From Ruditapes philippinarum (taxonomy: Eukaryota): a stretch of 64,000 bases of DNA. The stretch spans positions 310,001-374,000 of the forward strand of contig NW_026852998.1 of NCBI RefSeq assembly GCF_026571515.1, read 5' to 3'. This document shows, piece after piece, positions 12,601 to 24,557 of this stretch. Under the pieces are notes generated by a model, which did no database searches, was not told the origin of the DNA, and saw only the letters and a program-made list of their open reading frames with translations. Made by a program: the position numbers and the translations under genes. Every line of letters begins with the position of its first letter. Within the stretch, counting starts at the first letter, position 1.

Positions 12601-15600
12601 ATTGTGAAATTAAGTTATTTCATAAATGTAGGTTAGAAAACATGTAAATTTTGTTAAGATTGTGAAGGGTCTTTTCTTTGATCTTTATTAACAATTTGAC
12701 CAACTTTCTTAATTAACGAACTGGAAATCTTTTGGTCTCAAGTATTAATAATAAGAAGCAGGTATAACCAGTGTACAGTCCAGTCTGACAGTAAAATCAG
12801 ACAGCAGGATCACACTCTATACCATTGACTTCTCATTAGTAAAAATTAATTTGATAGTTCTCTTTAATTAATAAATGAACAAATCCTTATTCAGACCAGG
12901 ACAAATTCATTACACAAATTTTTGGTGATGTAGGCCCTGGGAATGACAGACAAAAAGCAACTGATGAAATAATTGATCTACTGTTCTTAGTTTTATTTGG
13001 AGTTGTGTTATTTATGAAGAAGTATATGGTGTATTATGTCTCGTCTCCCTTGCACACATTCTCCACTTCTGTTTCTGTTTTTGCTTGTTCTTATCGTTGT
13101 AATTTGTTCTTGAAATTATACATCCATCACAATCTGGTAAATAATTCTGCATATTACAACACTTTCGATGTTCTTTGACTGTTTGATAACTAGCAGTAAT
13201 GATATAAGTGACCGTTATTGAACCAGCCAAATTCTGTTCATCCGTTCAGTCTTACCATTACATATTGGTTTTCTCTATAAAATCCCTTAATATGTTAATA
13301 GATGGTTCCAAATTTAAAATAAGCAAGACAAGCCAATTACATAAACGCAACAGTGAAACAGTAAAAAGATAATATAAGTACTAAAATGATAAGAAGAGGG
13401 ATATTTGTCCCGCAGACATAGATTCAGATAGGGATGAAATAGATTCAGATAGTGATGAAATAAGTGAGAATTTATACCAGCCATTGGTGGATGTAAATTG
13501 CCCTTAATTTATATCTTCACGTGTCTTGTTGTACCCTATTTCTTGTATCCCCCTGACGTTGTTTTCTATTTTATTCAATTTGAATTCTTCTCTAATATTA
13601 TTGACTGCATATATATCTGGTTAGTTCAAAATGCTCGTGTTGGAATGGAATAAATTTACTTTACAAAAGCTTTTATTTCAAATCTTTACCAAATTTTTTC
13701 TTTAAACTGTCTTTTTTATGATTATTGAAGAGAACTTATGTATTTTTCAATGACAAAAAAATGAAAAAGAAAGATAGAACTGGAATATTTACTTGTTCCA
13801 TTTGTCTAGAAGTTATTATTGAAGAAAGCTCGGGGGATGGCAGTCAGACTCATGAATCACATATGTTTTTACAAGTAGAATGATAAATCGTGTTGTTTTA
13901 ATTTACATATTTTCCTCTTTTGAATTAAATATTTATTCTTAAAGAGTGCATGAGCTTCTGCAGAAAATAATAAGAACATTTGACATGCATTATGATTGTA
14001 TTTAATATATCTCATTATGAAAGCTATGATAGTTTTTTGTTGTTTTTTTTTCTTTGATTAAATTAGAATTTTATTATACTTTATATATGATAATCCTCAG
14101 ATGCTATAAAGAGGTTTTAGTTGGGGAAAAGACTTTTAACTAATGAATGATTGTGGCTTTACTTGATTAATTAAGAATTAAAGAGTTATGAATGTAGAGT
14201 GATTGAGACCTTGTTAATGATGTATTTAATGCTGCAATGCCGTGTTCTCTATCAGGCCTTCTAGCGGCGTTAGCTGCCCTTGCCGGCGGGAATTCAAGTG
14301 GCAATAATTCGTCATCGTCAAATTGTTCGAGTGCCAGCAATAACGCGGCAGGTACATTGACTCTCCTCGTTCACGTCTATTTTTACAGCCGCTATTTATA
14401 TTGTCTGCTCTGACACATGGGGTTGCTATGCTTACAAGCATGAGACTGTCAAAATGAATGCAGAAATTTAAATGAAAAAAAAATGGGAAAAATCTGTAAA
14501 ACAAAAAATATGATCAGAAAGGTTCAATGGTATATAAAAAATATATTTGCATATTGGGTTATTTTGTCCATGAAAAAGCATTGAATTGGTGGATTTAAAA
14601 GTCTTTGTCTCCTTGTTGACGAAGATTTGTAATGCTAAGTAAGCATTGCAGCCCTATGCAACAAACAGTTGTATTTTTGAAGTTGGCTAGCTATTTTTAT
14701 TGCATTTTTTCCATGTTGTCTGCATGGCGTTTTTATACTTTCATTGTTATTTTTTGGTAATCAAATCTTGGCTTTTCTTATAATCATACTCGAGGGGACA
14801 ATTTGCTTGAAACTATACACAGCATGCTCTTTTGTTTTCTTGAAATTGTTTTTATTTCATCATATAGACGTTTGTTTCAAGCAGATTTTCACAAACCTGA
14901 TGTACCAGCTACAGATGTATTTCCAAATAATTCCTATTTCCTTAAGCATAAGAAACTAATGTTGTCACCATAGTAACGAGAAAATACTTTTATTTTTGGA
15001 CTGGAAATGAATGGAATTTCATCTTAGTATGCTGCACAGTATGAAGTTCATGTTGCTACACCATAAAATGCTTCTGTTATATCTATAAGTTAGATTTTGT
15101 TTCTTGTTTTTTTTTTCTGCATGGAATGTTATTTGATTTAGAATATTCAGTTATATTGCTTTATAAACACCCTAGATTCAAAACATTAGTTGATATAATG
15201 TTGTTGATAAAAGGTGAAAACTCATACAAAATACTCTAGTTCATCTTAATTATTTAACACAGCTTCGGTTATATTTCAACTATTAATTAATGTACAAGAG
15301 CCTGATAAGCATTTTAAATGCAATGCAGAAAGATTTGTACAGATGGCCATTGTTTTTACATTATATAAAATGATTAAAAAAGTCACATGTTTTTTATCTG
15401 CAACATTTTGGATGATTTTTCACCTTAGCTGTTTTTATTGCTTGTTTTGTGAATTGATCACTCTATTTATTGCATGAATGGTATAAAACAACAACAACTA
15501 CAACATGTTAACATTTTGTTCCACACACAATTTATGCTATTTTACTTGTGAATTATAGCTTACAGTAGGCTATTCTAGCCCCTAACAATGGTTTTAATAT

Positions 15601-18600
15601 AAACATTTTAATATCATGTTTTTGAATTACTTTTTCTATACAAAGACTGTGTTGGTTCATTCTATGTTTATATTGTTTTATTTCTACTACACCATTTGTA
15701 AATTAGACTTTCTAGAAGTTGTATTAAATGTTAACTGTTTTATAATTGTGAAGAATTTTTCTAAGTGTCTTTTGTGTTCATAAAGTAATTATCACCAGAA
15801 GAATTTATATCATGAAATTTTTACAAGAGTTGTATTTACGAATATACCATTTTCAAAAAAAAAATTGAAAAAATTGAATAATACAAAGATAATTTTTGAA
15901 TGTATTTGATATTCCTTTGTTTCTCATTTATGAAACCAGTGGGTTATTCACATTTACTTATTATTATCATTGTTTCTCAACAGTAGAACCATTTCTTACG
16001 AAGATAGTTTGGCTTTAGAGGGTTTCTTTTATACAAAATCAAATCAATTGGAATAAGTTTTCAACTGTGTAATATACATGTATCAATGAGAAATGATATA
16101 CACAAGTCCTATCTATATACATTATATCTCGGGGGGAAAAGAAACAACCCCAAGCAACAAGCGATATTTCAAATTACCAAGTTGATATATTGAGATGTTA
16201 AAATTGGCAGTGATTTTAGAAGAGAGAGTGATAATTACTTAAAGCATGTACATGTTGTGTTGTGAGTTCATGTCAAATGTAGTTATTGTGATTGTGTAGG
16301 ATATCTTCTGTTCCCGTAATTGTCACCGTTTCAAGAAACTCAATATCTATTCTCGATTAACTTAGATACATCAAACGCTCGATTTCTTTTCTCATGCAAC
16401 GTTTTGTTGTTGAAACAGCGTGATAATTAGTTTCACACTTTCCAAAGTAAATATGGGACAGTCTTTATTGTGCTGAATTGTCATTGATTTTGTGTTTCTA
16501 TTTTATTCACAGACACTGTGAGATGTTGATTTTAAAGAGATGAATGTGAATCCAAACTACATTTAATATAATTATTTTTAATTCATATTTAAAATAAGTT
16601 TCACACTCAATTATATTGAAAATAGGAGGAATAAAAAACATTTTATTATTACTCTTCTTAATTTTCACATAAGTTGATTTTCTATGTTATAAATCATGCT
16701 TCACCACATTTGTGAAAGATATGTAATGTTAATTTACTGTGTTGTGTATTGAAACACAATACCTTTAACTTATAATCTTTTGATGCAAGCAAATTTGCTA
16801 ATCTTACACAAAATAAATTATTTTGATATAATTATAAGAAAGATAACCACCAATGGTGTTGACTAAACTCAGAAGGGGCAAAGTTTGATTTAAGATTGTG
16901 CAATTATAAAGGATTGCAATGTATTTGCAGGTGACGCCACAGGCAACATGCATCTACAGAACTTGCAAGGGTTGGCGGCCCTCGCAAATGCCGCAAATAG
17001 TCCAGGTAAATACTTGATGAATATACATGTAGTCAATATGATGGTGGATATATGAGCATTTACTGAAGAATTATAAATTTCTAAATATGTATTGAATATT
17101 TAATGACCATTAGTAAGAAATTATATAGAAAAGATGTATATATATAGATATATATAGATATATATGTATATATAACCGGAATGAATACATTATGGTGAAG
17201 GTTATCACAATACTACATTGTTTTGACAAAAAATTCACATATACAGGGGTGTCCATGGCTGAGTGGTTAACACCATTGGCTATGTCTTCAGACATCTTGC
17301 TCCTCAAGGCATGGAATTCTTTCATGAGAGGAAGCTATCCATCAAGCTTACAAAATGTCAGAGGTTCTACTCGGGTGCCTGTTTGTGCCTGAAATAATGC
17401 ATTGACCTGACGTCTTCAGCTGTTAAGTAGCAATATGACCTCTACTGTGTTAGTGCGATGTAAAACCAAACCAAAAATGACCTTTACAAGGGACACAGTA
17501 TGTCCTCAAAATGTTGATCTGATTTAAACAAAATGTGCACATGGGTGTATAATCCTTATAGAAAAAAAATGTAACTTCATATGTAACCAGTAGTGGGATT
17601 TATTTTTATATTTATATAAAATGTATATGTTACATGTTTGTCTTGATACATGTTTTATGTTTGTTTCCAACTATTCATGTTTTATTTGTCCATGTTTTCT
17701 GTTGTGTGTTTTTCCTGTTAGTTAATAAGAATAATTTTGTCTCATCGGTACATTACTGGAATATTATAGTCCCCATCCCTGTGCAGGAATGTTAAGAGGT
17801 CTGTGGCTAGTGTTGAAGCAATTAACCATTACTTGCTTTGTTTGTCATTTGTCTGTGATTTTTGTCTGTGCCATTTTTAAGCGTTTAACCCTGCTAGTAT
17901 TCTGCAGAATTAACGTTTTGTCTTGTTATATGTATACTAAAAGTTTGATGAAAAAAGATTGGTTAAGATTTGTCTGATGTCACAGCTTTCTTTAATTTGT
18001 TCTAAGCAAAACAAAGCAGTTCCTGTTGTCAAATGTAAAGAAAATGTATAAATTATAAAAAGAATTGTCCTGGGTCAAAACTCAAAAGATTTTAAATTCA
18101 TTACCATGCAATGGAGAGAAAGTACTTACATACTTTATCTCATGTGAAAATGAGAAGATAGGGTAGCAAGTTTTGGGGAGCCTGATTATAATGGTGTAGA
18201 TGTTAAATGTGTGGAGGAGGCTTTGTGTTTGTGTTGAATGTGCCTATTGTGTTATAGGAGGCTTTCCCCAGGGAAACAACATGGCGGGAAACAGTATGCC
18301 AGCAGGCAATAATATGTCAGGAGGAAACAATGCAGCGGCAAACAACATGGCTCAAACCCTGGCTAACCTGATGCAGAACATGGGCAACTTTAGCAGCGTG
18401 TTCGGAAATATGGGGAATATGCAACAAAATATGGGCAATAGTGCTCAAGGCAATATGTCTGGGAATATGGGTAACATGTCTGGAAATATGAGTAATGGTA
18501 TGGGTAACAATATGGGAAATATGGGTAGAAATATGGGCGGGATGAACGGAAATCACCAAATGCAGACCGGAATGAACCAAATGCCAGTAGGCGGGGCTTC

Positions 18601-21600
18601 AAACAGTCAAAACCAATCAGGTAGCTGCAGTGTCATGTGTTGTGAAAACTTTTCTTAAGAAATTTCATGTTTTATGTTAAGTGTAATTAATAATATATTC
18701 CCTGTTACATGTCTTATGTTTGTTTAGAAATATGTTAGGCAGAGATAAGAAATATGTTTGTGAAATGTTTAAGGAGTTTGATATATAAAATTTAACACTA
18801 TGTAAAACATCTATGTTACGTGTTCTTCTACTTTTTGGTGTATGTTTCACATTTTAAATGTGTAGTAGAAGATATATGTTGCTGAAATGTTTAAAACATT
18901 GCTTTCTATGTCAGCCTTTTCCTGTTTTGAGTTAGTGAATATTTGTAGATATATCCGTCAGTGCTTTATGCTGTGATTTAACAATGATTTCAGCCTCACT
19001 CTCTGGTTCCTTATCAACATCAAACAGTTCATTAAGCGGCTTTGCGGGTTTACAAAATCTAGGCAATGGCAATATGGCTGCCACCAGCATGTCCCCAGGC
19101 GTCACCAATGGTACATCCGGAATGGACGCATTAAGTCAAGCTTATACCGGAATCCAGCAGTACGCAGGTTTGTCAGGTTTGCTCAGTCCCGCTACAGGTA
19201 AATGGCTCATTTTTCACTACAATCGTCAATTGTTTAGTGTTACTGGTGTGCGGTTGGGTGGATGGGAAAATTTGTCTCTTAGTGTTGGTTTGAGTGCAGT
19301 GTGCGCCCAGCTTATGTCCTGCTGACTGCTCTGAGTTTGTATCGTGTTGAACTCCTTCAGACCTTTCCCTCATTTCTGCACAGAATTCCACAGCATAGGA
19401 AATATTGCTATTTGTTACCCCTATAATGAATTTATGAACGGAAAGTGAAAACATTAAAAATTCTGTCTTATTTTGTAAAAATATGTGTCAAAACATGTTG
19501 TCGTTTATCATGATTGTCTTGTAAGGTTTTTTTTATGGACCAAGATTATTTTTTGTGATAATCAAATTTCGGAGTTTTAACTTATAGCAGTCAGGTCTGG
19601 CATAAAGTGTATTAAACCTTTTAACTTCCATGTATATGTTGCAGAATGTTCAGTGTGTTTATGATTAGTGTATTCTGTTCTGTGGCATTGTTTTCTAATC
19701 CATTGATATAGACAGAATGCTTTACACACTTCTTTTATATAGAAAATGCACACTTGATTTGACATTCTGTTGTGAACAAACAATCTTCTGTGCTAATCTT
19801 GCCCATTTAGATAATTAATGATGCCCCTTTAACTTTCCAAAACCATCAGTTTATGTGTCATTGATTCAAATTTATGTGTTTTATAATGACTTTGGGGCAG
19901 CAAAATCAGACAAATTATGTTGCCAAAAAGCTTTTGTCTTGTTCCTTGTTTTCATGTTTTCACCTCTGGAGAAATAACTTCCTTTACAAAATGTTATTCC
20001 TTTTGAAATATTGACAAGAAAACATAAGGGGGGTTAGGTTATCCCTATAGCACACCGTATATAAACAGAAATGAGCCATACACCTGGCTTTACAGCTTTT
20101 CCTTTTTTATACAGCATGCAGTAAAAACCATCTGTTGTAACGTCTAAATATTGTCACAATTTTAACAAATTCTTTACAATAGATATATGTGACAGTAAAA
20201 CCTGTGAATTAGATTTTTTAGATGATAATTACATTTTGAATTGACTGTTGCTCATGAAAAAATTAATTGGTTCAAATTATGCATTAATCTGGTTTTACTG
20301 GCCAAAAAAAAAAGGCTGAAAAAAGGAAAAAAATATGCATGTTACAAATTACTTATTTTATTTCAAATTTATGTTTATTTAGTACATTCTATTTTCAATA
20401 TACTAATAAGAACTTGTTTTCTCAAGTATTACGTTTACATATTCTTGTTTTGTTTCCCTGTGATATTGTAATTTTATTGTAATTTAAAATTTTGAATTAT
20501 AAACATAGTAGCTTACAATATAATCTTCTCTTAAAAAAATATTTTTTAGAGACCGGGATTATTGTAAACCTAGCATTACATTAATGTTCAGACTAAGAAG
20601 GATAATTGTACATCTTGTACTTACGTCAGTCTGTCTTTCATATGGAATTTGAATATTTATAATGCCTTAAAGTCTATTATGACCATTACATTTAGCTGAG
20701 AAGAGATATTTTAATTAATGTAAATGTCAGTATGCATATATATCATCAAAATCTCTTTAACAAGATATCTATATTCCCTATGGTCTCTTGTGCCTCTGAT
20801 TTAACCAGTAGGATGTAGTCGTTTTTCTTGTGTTTCTCTATGTATTAATGTGCTTTAGTGCTGAATTAATGTGATTATAACACTGTCTAGAGCCAAAGTA
20901 GCAAATCCCAAGATTTTTAACTTAGTTATATTGTCCAGAATTAGTGAGACAAGAAGGTTAAGGTCAGTAGTGGCAGTGCTGGTTACAGCATTATGCTGGG
21001 GGGATATGGGAAATTGTCATCAATATTCATGAGCTTGTTAATTTCTGAGAAGATATCTCATGAATATTCATAAGGCTGTTAATTTCTGAGCAGATTTCCA
21101 ACTGTTCAGTATGGTCTCTCTTTCAATCCAAATTGATTTCAATTTGTAGAATTTTCTGAGAAAATTTAGTCAATTTGTTTATTTTGGAGCCTTTTGAAAC
21201 AAATGGCAAGTTATTTAGTCCCTTTCACTTCCATGTTAAGTTAACAAAAAAGGATGGAACATTGAAGAAGTTTCTTTGGTAAAATCATCTTTAGTGGTGT
21301 TTGACAGATCCACAATTTTTAGCTCGACTTTTCTATGAAAAGGGGAGCTATCCTACTCGCCCCGGCGTCGGCGTCGGCGTTGGCGTCACACCTTGGTTAA
21401 GTTTTTCGTACCACCCCACTTTATTTCAGAAGTATTACAAGTATGGCTTTGAAACTTACCATACTTGTTCACCATCATAACCTCCATCTACAGACAAGAG
21501 TACATAACTCTGTCAAGGTTTTTGACAGAATTATGGCCCTTTTTTGACTTAGAAAGTGTATTGAGCTTGGTTAAGTTTTTTGTACCACCTCACTTTATTT

Positions 21601-23949
21601 CAAAACCATTGGAGGTATTGCTTTGAAACTGACCATACTTGTTTTACCATCACGACCTTCATCAACAGACAAGAGGACATAACTCTGTCAAGGTTTTTGA
21701 CAGAATTATGCCCCTTTTTGACTTAGAAAATACATTGAATATGGGTAAAATCCACTTATTGCCTTAACCCTTTGAGATATTGCTTTGAAACTTTTAATGC
21801 TATTTCACATCATTACCCCCATCTGTACGCAAGAGAAGGTAACTCTGTCAAGGATTTGTTTTAAAAATTAAGGCCTTTTATCGACTTAGAATCTTGGTTA
21901 AGTTTTTAGTACCAGTCCACTTTTTGACTGAACTGTTTGAGATATTAATTTGAAAGTTGGAATACTTGTTTACAATCATGATTCCCAAACATGTCCAGGA
22001 GAAGGTAATTCTGTCAAAGATTTTATTTGAATTATGGCCCTTAACTGTTAATGTTTTGTATTATAGGCAAGCACTAAAAAACTTAAAAAATCTAAAAAAA
22101 TTCATTCCTATCCACTGAACCTGCAGTGTTCAAGGGTATCACACAATTCAGTAAAATAATTCTTCACTAAATATCTTAATGCTCATGGCCATTGTTCACT
22201 TTAAAAATACAGAGATTCTTGTATTGCCTTTTACTGCAAAAACTTTTTTTATTGGCAAGCAATAAAAAAGTCGAGCGCGCTGTCTTACGGACAGCTCTTG
22301 TTTTATACACACTCCAAAAAGTACTGATGCATAACTTTACAATTTGATGCTGATTTTTAATTTGTTTATATAGGTAAATTTCAATCAAGAGAGTTCATAT
22401 TATTATATTGAGTTCTGTCTTAAATTAGGACCAAAACACTTTTTTGTTACATAGTGTGGATGTTACATATAACCTTCTTGTCACTGGCATTTTGACTTCT
22501 AAGAAAATGATAATAGAACAAACCAAACCTTTAATAAACAAGTTGGCTCCACAATGGCCATATACATTTTCAATAGCCACATCTGCCTAATTGTATATTA
22601 AACATTTTATATGATTATTATTATATTTTTACAAGAATTTGGTGGTAATATATTTCATATAAATGTGGAATTATTTTATGATATTTCAGCATCATTCCCA
22701 AATGCATTCAGCTCTCAAGCAGCCCAACAATTACAGGCAGTGAATACGCCTGCTGGAAAACAAACAGAAGGTAAGCATATGTGTTACTATGGTAATAAGA
22801 GCAATATTAATAAACTAGTGACACCAGTATACAGTCATATTGATGGTGACCTAGAGCTTTTTGATTTTAAAGACTTCATGAAACTACAATTGAAAGCTCT
22901 CAAGGTCATTGTACAGATCTTAAAAAAAATGGATAACAATTTATATTTGAGTATAAATGTGAGTGATTTATATGACTTGTTCTTACAGGTCCTGAGGGAG
23001 CTAATTTGTTCATCTACCATTTGCCACAAGAGTTTAGTGATCAGGACCTCATGCAGACATTCATGCCATTTGGAAATGTGATATCAGCAAAGGTCTTCAT
23101 TGATAAACAGACTAATCTTAGTAAATGTTTTGGTACGTATCATAAGTATACTCTTCCTATAAAGTTCATCTATGTAGTTGGTATGTTAGGTTATGTATAC
23201 ACTTTGACCAATAAAGTTCATCTATGTAAATTATATGCCAAGATATGGTTATACTTTGATCTATAATGTTATGTATTTAAGTTATTTTTAGAATTTTAGC
23301 ATTTCCACAATTCAATACATAAAATACAGTAAATTTGTAAAATGTAATCAACTTATTGAAATGCTTTTTACAATGTTTAGAAATGTCCATTATGTTTTCC
23401 ATCATATAGTGAATATGTTATCAAAGCCAGAATGTTTGGAAACAAGATCTTTTGATCCATTTGTTAAGTCTAGGATGTTTCTCTTGTTTTTCCGCTACAA
23501 TGTTATTAAAACCAATGAGCCAGAAGCCCTTAACAGTTACGTCAATTGATCTATGTGAATTAAAGGCAGTTATTTTTATATGAAAAAGGTTCTTACTGGT
23601 ACAATATCAAAGAAATACACTTGGGAAGCTGTCTGTTAATATTTCACTACAGCAACAAACTGTACCTAAGCACATCCATTGAACTTGTCTCCATATGACC
23701 AAAACTGTGTTGGTGTGCTATAAAACCAAACAAAAACAAAACAACTTGTTATAACTATTATTATTACTATGAATACAATATGAAAATCAAATCCCTTAAT
23801 TGTTTTATGGCAATATTTCAGGTTTTGTTAGTTATGACAACCCGGTTTCCGCCCAGGCAGCAATACAGGCCATGAACGGTTTCCAGATAGGAATGAAACG
23901 CCTCAAAGTACAGCTGAAACGACCGAAAAATGACAGTAAACCCTACTAG
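3489..23949 (+). CDS. CELF2: CELF1/2-type (Bruno/CUGBP Elav-like) RNA-binding protein, multi-exon, 5'-partial (RRM2-linker-RRM3)
   Basis: Twelve GT-AG exons join in frame: [12 protein letters not shown]...SRGCAFITF...[24 protein letters not shown]...[14 protein letters not shown]...[17 protein letters not shown]...[42 protein letters not shown]. The C-terminus is typical of the CELF1/2 subfamily. An invertebrate gene would be co-orthologous to CELF1 and CELF2. Confidence 0.96.
5220..5432. mobile_element. TTAA-flanked MITE
   Basis: ttaacc...gggcttaa termini; same family as 1696-1864 and 32913-33118. Confidence 0.55.
5741..5820 (+). CDS. CELF2: CELF exon, RRM2 ([27 protein letters not shown])
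   Basis: tttgtttcag acceptor, gtaagt donor, RNP1 RGCAFITF across the junction, phase 1-0. Confidence 0.96.
7670..8165. mobile_element. Decayed Helentron-type non-autonomous element fragment
   Basis: Repeated aaggtcaaaggtcaaggtca and aaatgcattgacct units, like the intact elements downstream. Confidence 0.5.
8320..8469 (+). CDS. CELF2: CELF exon, end of RRM2 and start of linker ([21 protein letters not shown]...IGPQYLA)
   Basis: ttattacag acceptor, gtatgt donor, 150 nt, conserved VVKFADTQK motif. Confidence 0.95.
8915..9040 (-). mobile_element. Degenerate SINE fragment
   Basis: Reverse-complement similarity to 17320-17450 (catatggtgacttttcaagctttactg...caggtgc...caggcatgagtggg). Confidence 0.45.
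9840..9900 (+). CDS. CELF2: CELF linker exon ([21 protein letters not shown])
   Basis: ttttcgcag acceptor, gtaaga donor, continues the QYLALLQQ motif of CELF1/2, phase 0-1. Confidence 0.9.
10380..11005. repeat. Minisatellite: CCACAAAC-based 47-bp units grading into a 93-bp higher-order unit
   Basis: Units start at 10532, 10579, 10626; 93-bp units at 10710, 10803, 10896. Confidence 0.9.
12109..12171 (+). CDS. CELF2: CELF linker exon ([22 protein letters not shown])
   Basis: Branch-point-like tactgac, ttttgcag acceptor, gtatta donor, 63 nt, phase 1-1. Confidence 0.8.
14256..14351 (+). CDS. CELF2: CELF linker exon ([33 protein letters not shown])
   Basis: GC-rich island in an AT-rich intron, ctctatcag acceptor, gtacat donor, 96 nt, phase 1-1. 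Confidence 0.8.
16931..17005 (+). CDS. CELF2: CELF linker exon ([26 protein letters not shown])
   Basis: tatttgcag acceptor, gtaaat donor, 75 nt, phase 1-1, resembles LQNLAALAAAA of CELF1/2. Confidence 0.85.
17246..17478 (+). mobile_element. tRNA-derived SINE
   Basis: A-box tggctgagtggtt, core gaggaagctatcc...ggttctactcgggtgcc...cctgaaataatgca, tail atatgacct...gtaaaaccaaaccaaaa. Confidence 0.7.
17787..17798 (+). CDS. Candidate 12-nt microexon (G-M-L-R)
   Basis: ccccatccctgtgcag acceptor, gaatgttaagag, gtctgt donor; phase 1-1 like its neighbours. Confidence 0.3.
18258..18620 (+). CDS. CELF2: CELF linker exon, N/M/G/Q-rich prion-like low-complexity region
   Basis: tag/gag tandem acceptor, gtagct donor, 363 nt open in phase 1-1, varied codons encoding repeated GNM units. 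Confidence 0.78.
18994..19197 (+). CDS. CELF2: CELF linker exon (ASLSGS...[26 protein letters not shown])
   Basis: atttcag acceptor, conserved DAL.QAY.GIQQYA motif; in-frame donors after 19167, 19176 and 19197. Confidence 0.9.
21316..22302 (+). mobile_element. Non-autonomous Helentron-associated (HINE-like) element with internal tandem array
   Basis: Subterminal inverted repeat gctcgactttt/aaaagtcgagc, (ggcgtc)n microsatellite, ~4 units of ~150-175 bp, 3' hairpin gctgtc-ttacg-gacagc, T-rich ends. Confidence 0.85.
22690..22770 (+). CDS. CELF2: CELF exon preceding RRM3 ([28 protein letters not shown])
   Basis: atatttcag acceptor, gtaagc donor, 81 nt, phase 1-1. Confidence 0.93.
22989..23132 (+). 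CDS. CELF2: CELF exon, RRM3 N-half ([49 protein letters not shown])
   Basis: tcttacag acceptor, gtacgt donor, 144 nt, canonical CELF RRM3. Confidence 0.97.
23822..23949 (+). CDS. CELF2: CELF last coding exon, RRM3 C-half to TAG stop
   Basis: atatttcag acceptor; [42 protein letters not shown]. Confidence 0.97.
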
Positions 23950-24557
23950 AAGCCATCTCTGTATTACACATTTCATAAGGTATGTATACAATGCACTGTA
24001 TTTGTTGTTTATTTTTATCCAGACCAGGTGAGTTCACTTTATTGTAAATTTTGTATACAGGTAATAAAAAGATGTTGTATCGTGGACAAAAAAATCACTC
24101 TGCAAAACCTCTGCAAAATGCTGACAATAAGTTGATGGACACTGACTTGATACTGACAACCTTGAGCTTATGTTCCTTCGACTTGATGCCAGAACTTGTG
24201 TTTTTCATTTCAACTAATACATGTTACTTGTCACGAACTCATTTTGTTTTACATTGAATAATCTACAGGTAATGTTGTGAATTTTCATCATATTGAATGT
24301 TGTTTGTTAAGAATTGCTCAAGTTTACATTATAACACCATTTCTGCCTTTACAGTTAATTAATACTATGTTTAGTCATTGGTTGTATATTTGCTATGGAG
24401 TAAATTGTTAATGGATTTGAAATTTGTTGTTTTTGGAGAGTGGGAATTGCAATGTTTGCATGACACATGTTCAATGTCAACCAGCATGTATTTGTTGAAA
24501 TGTCTGGCTGTACTTCAGTGTTTGGATCATCATTAGCATTAAAGCATTCTGCATTAG

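Noticed and set aside
22611-23081. 156-aa ORF in the track
   Set aside because: Intron read-through around a real 81-nt exon; it overlaps the RRM3 exon in the wrong frame.
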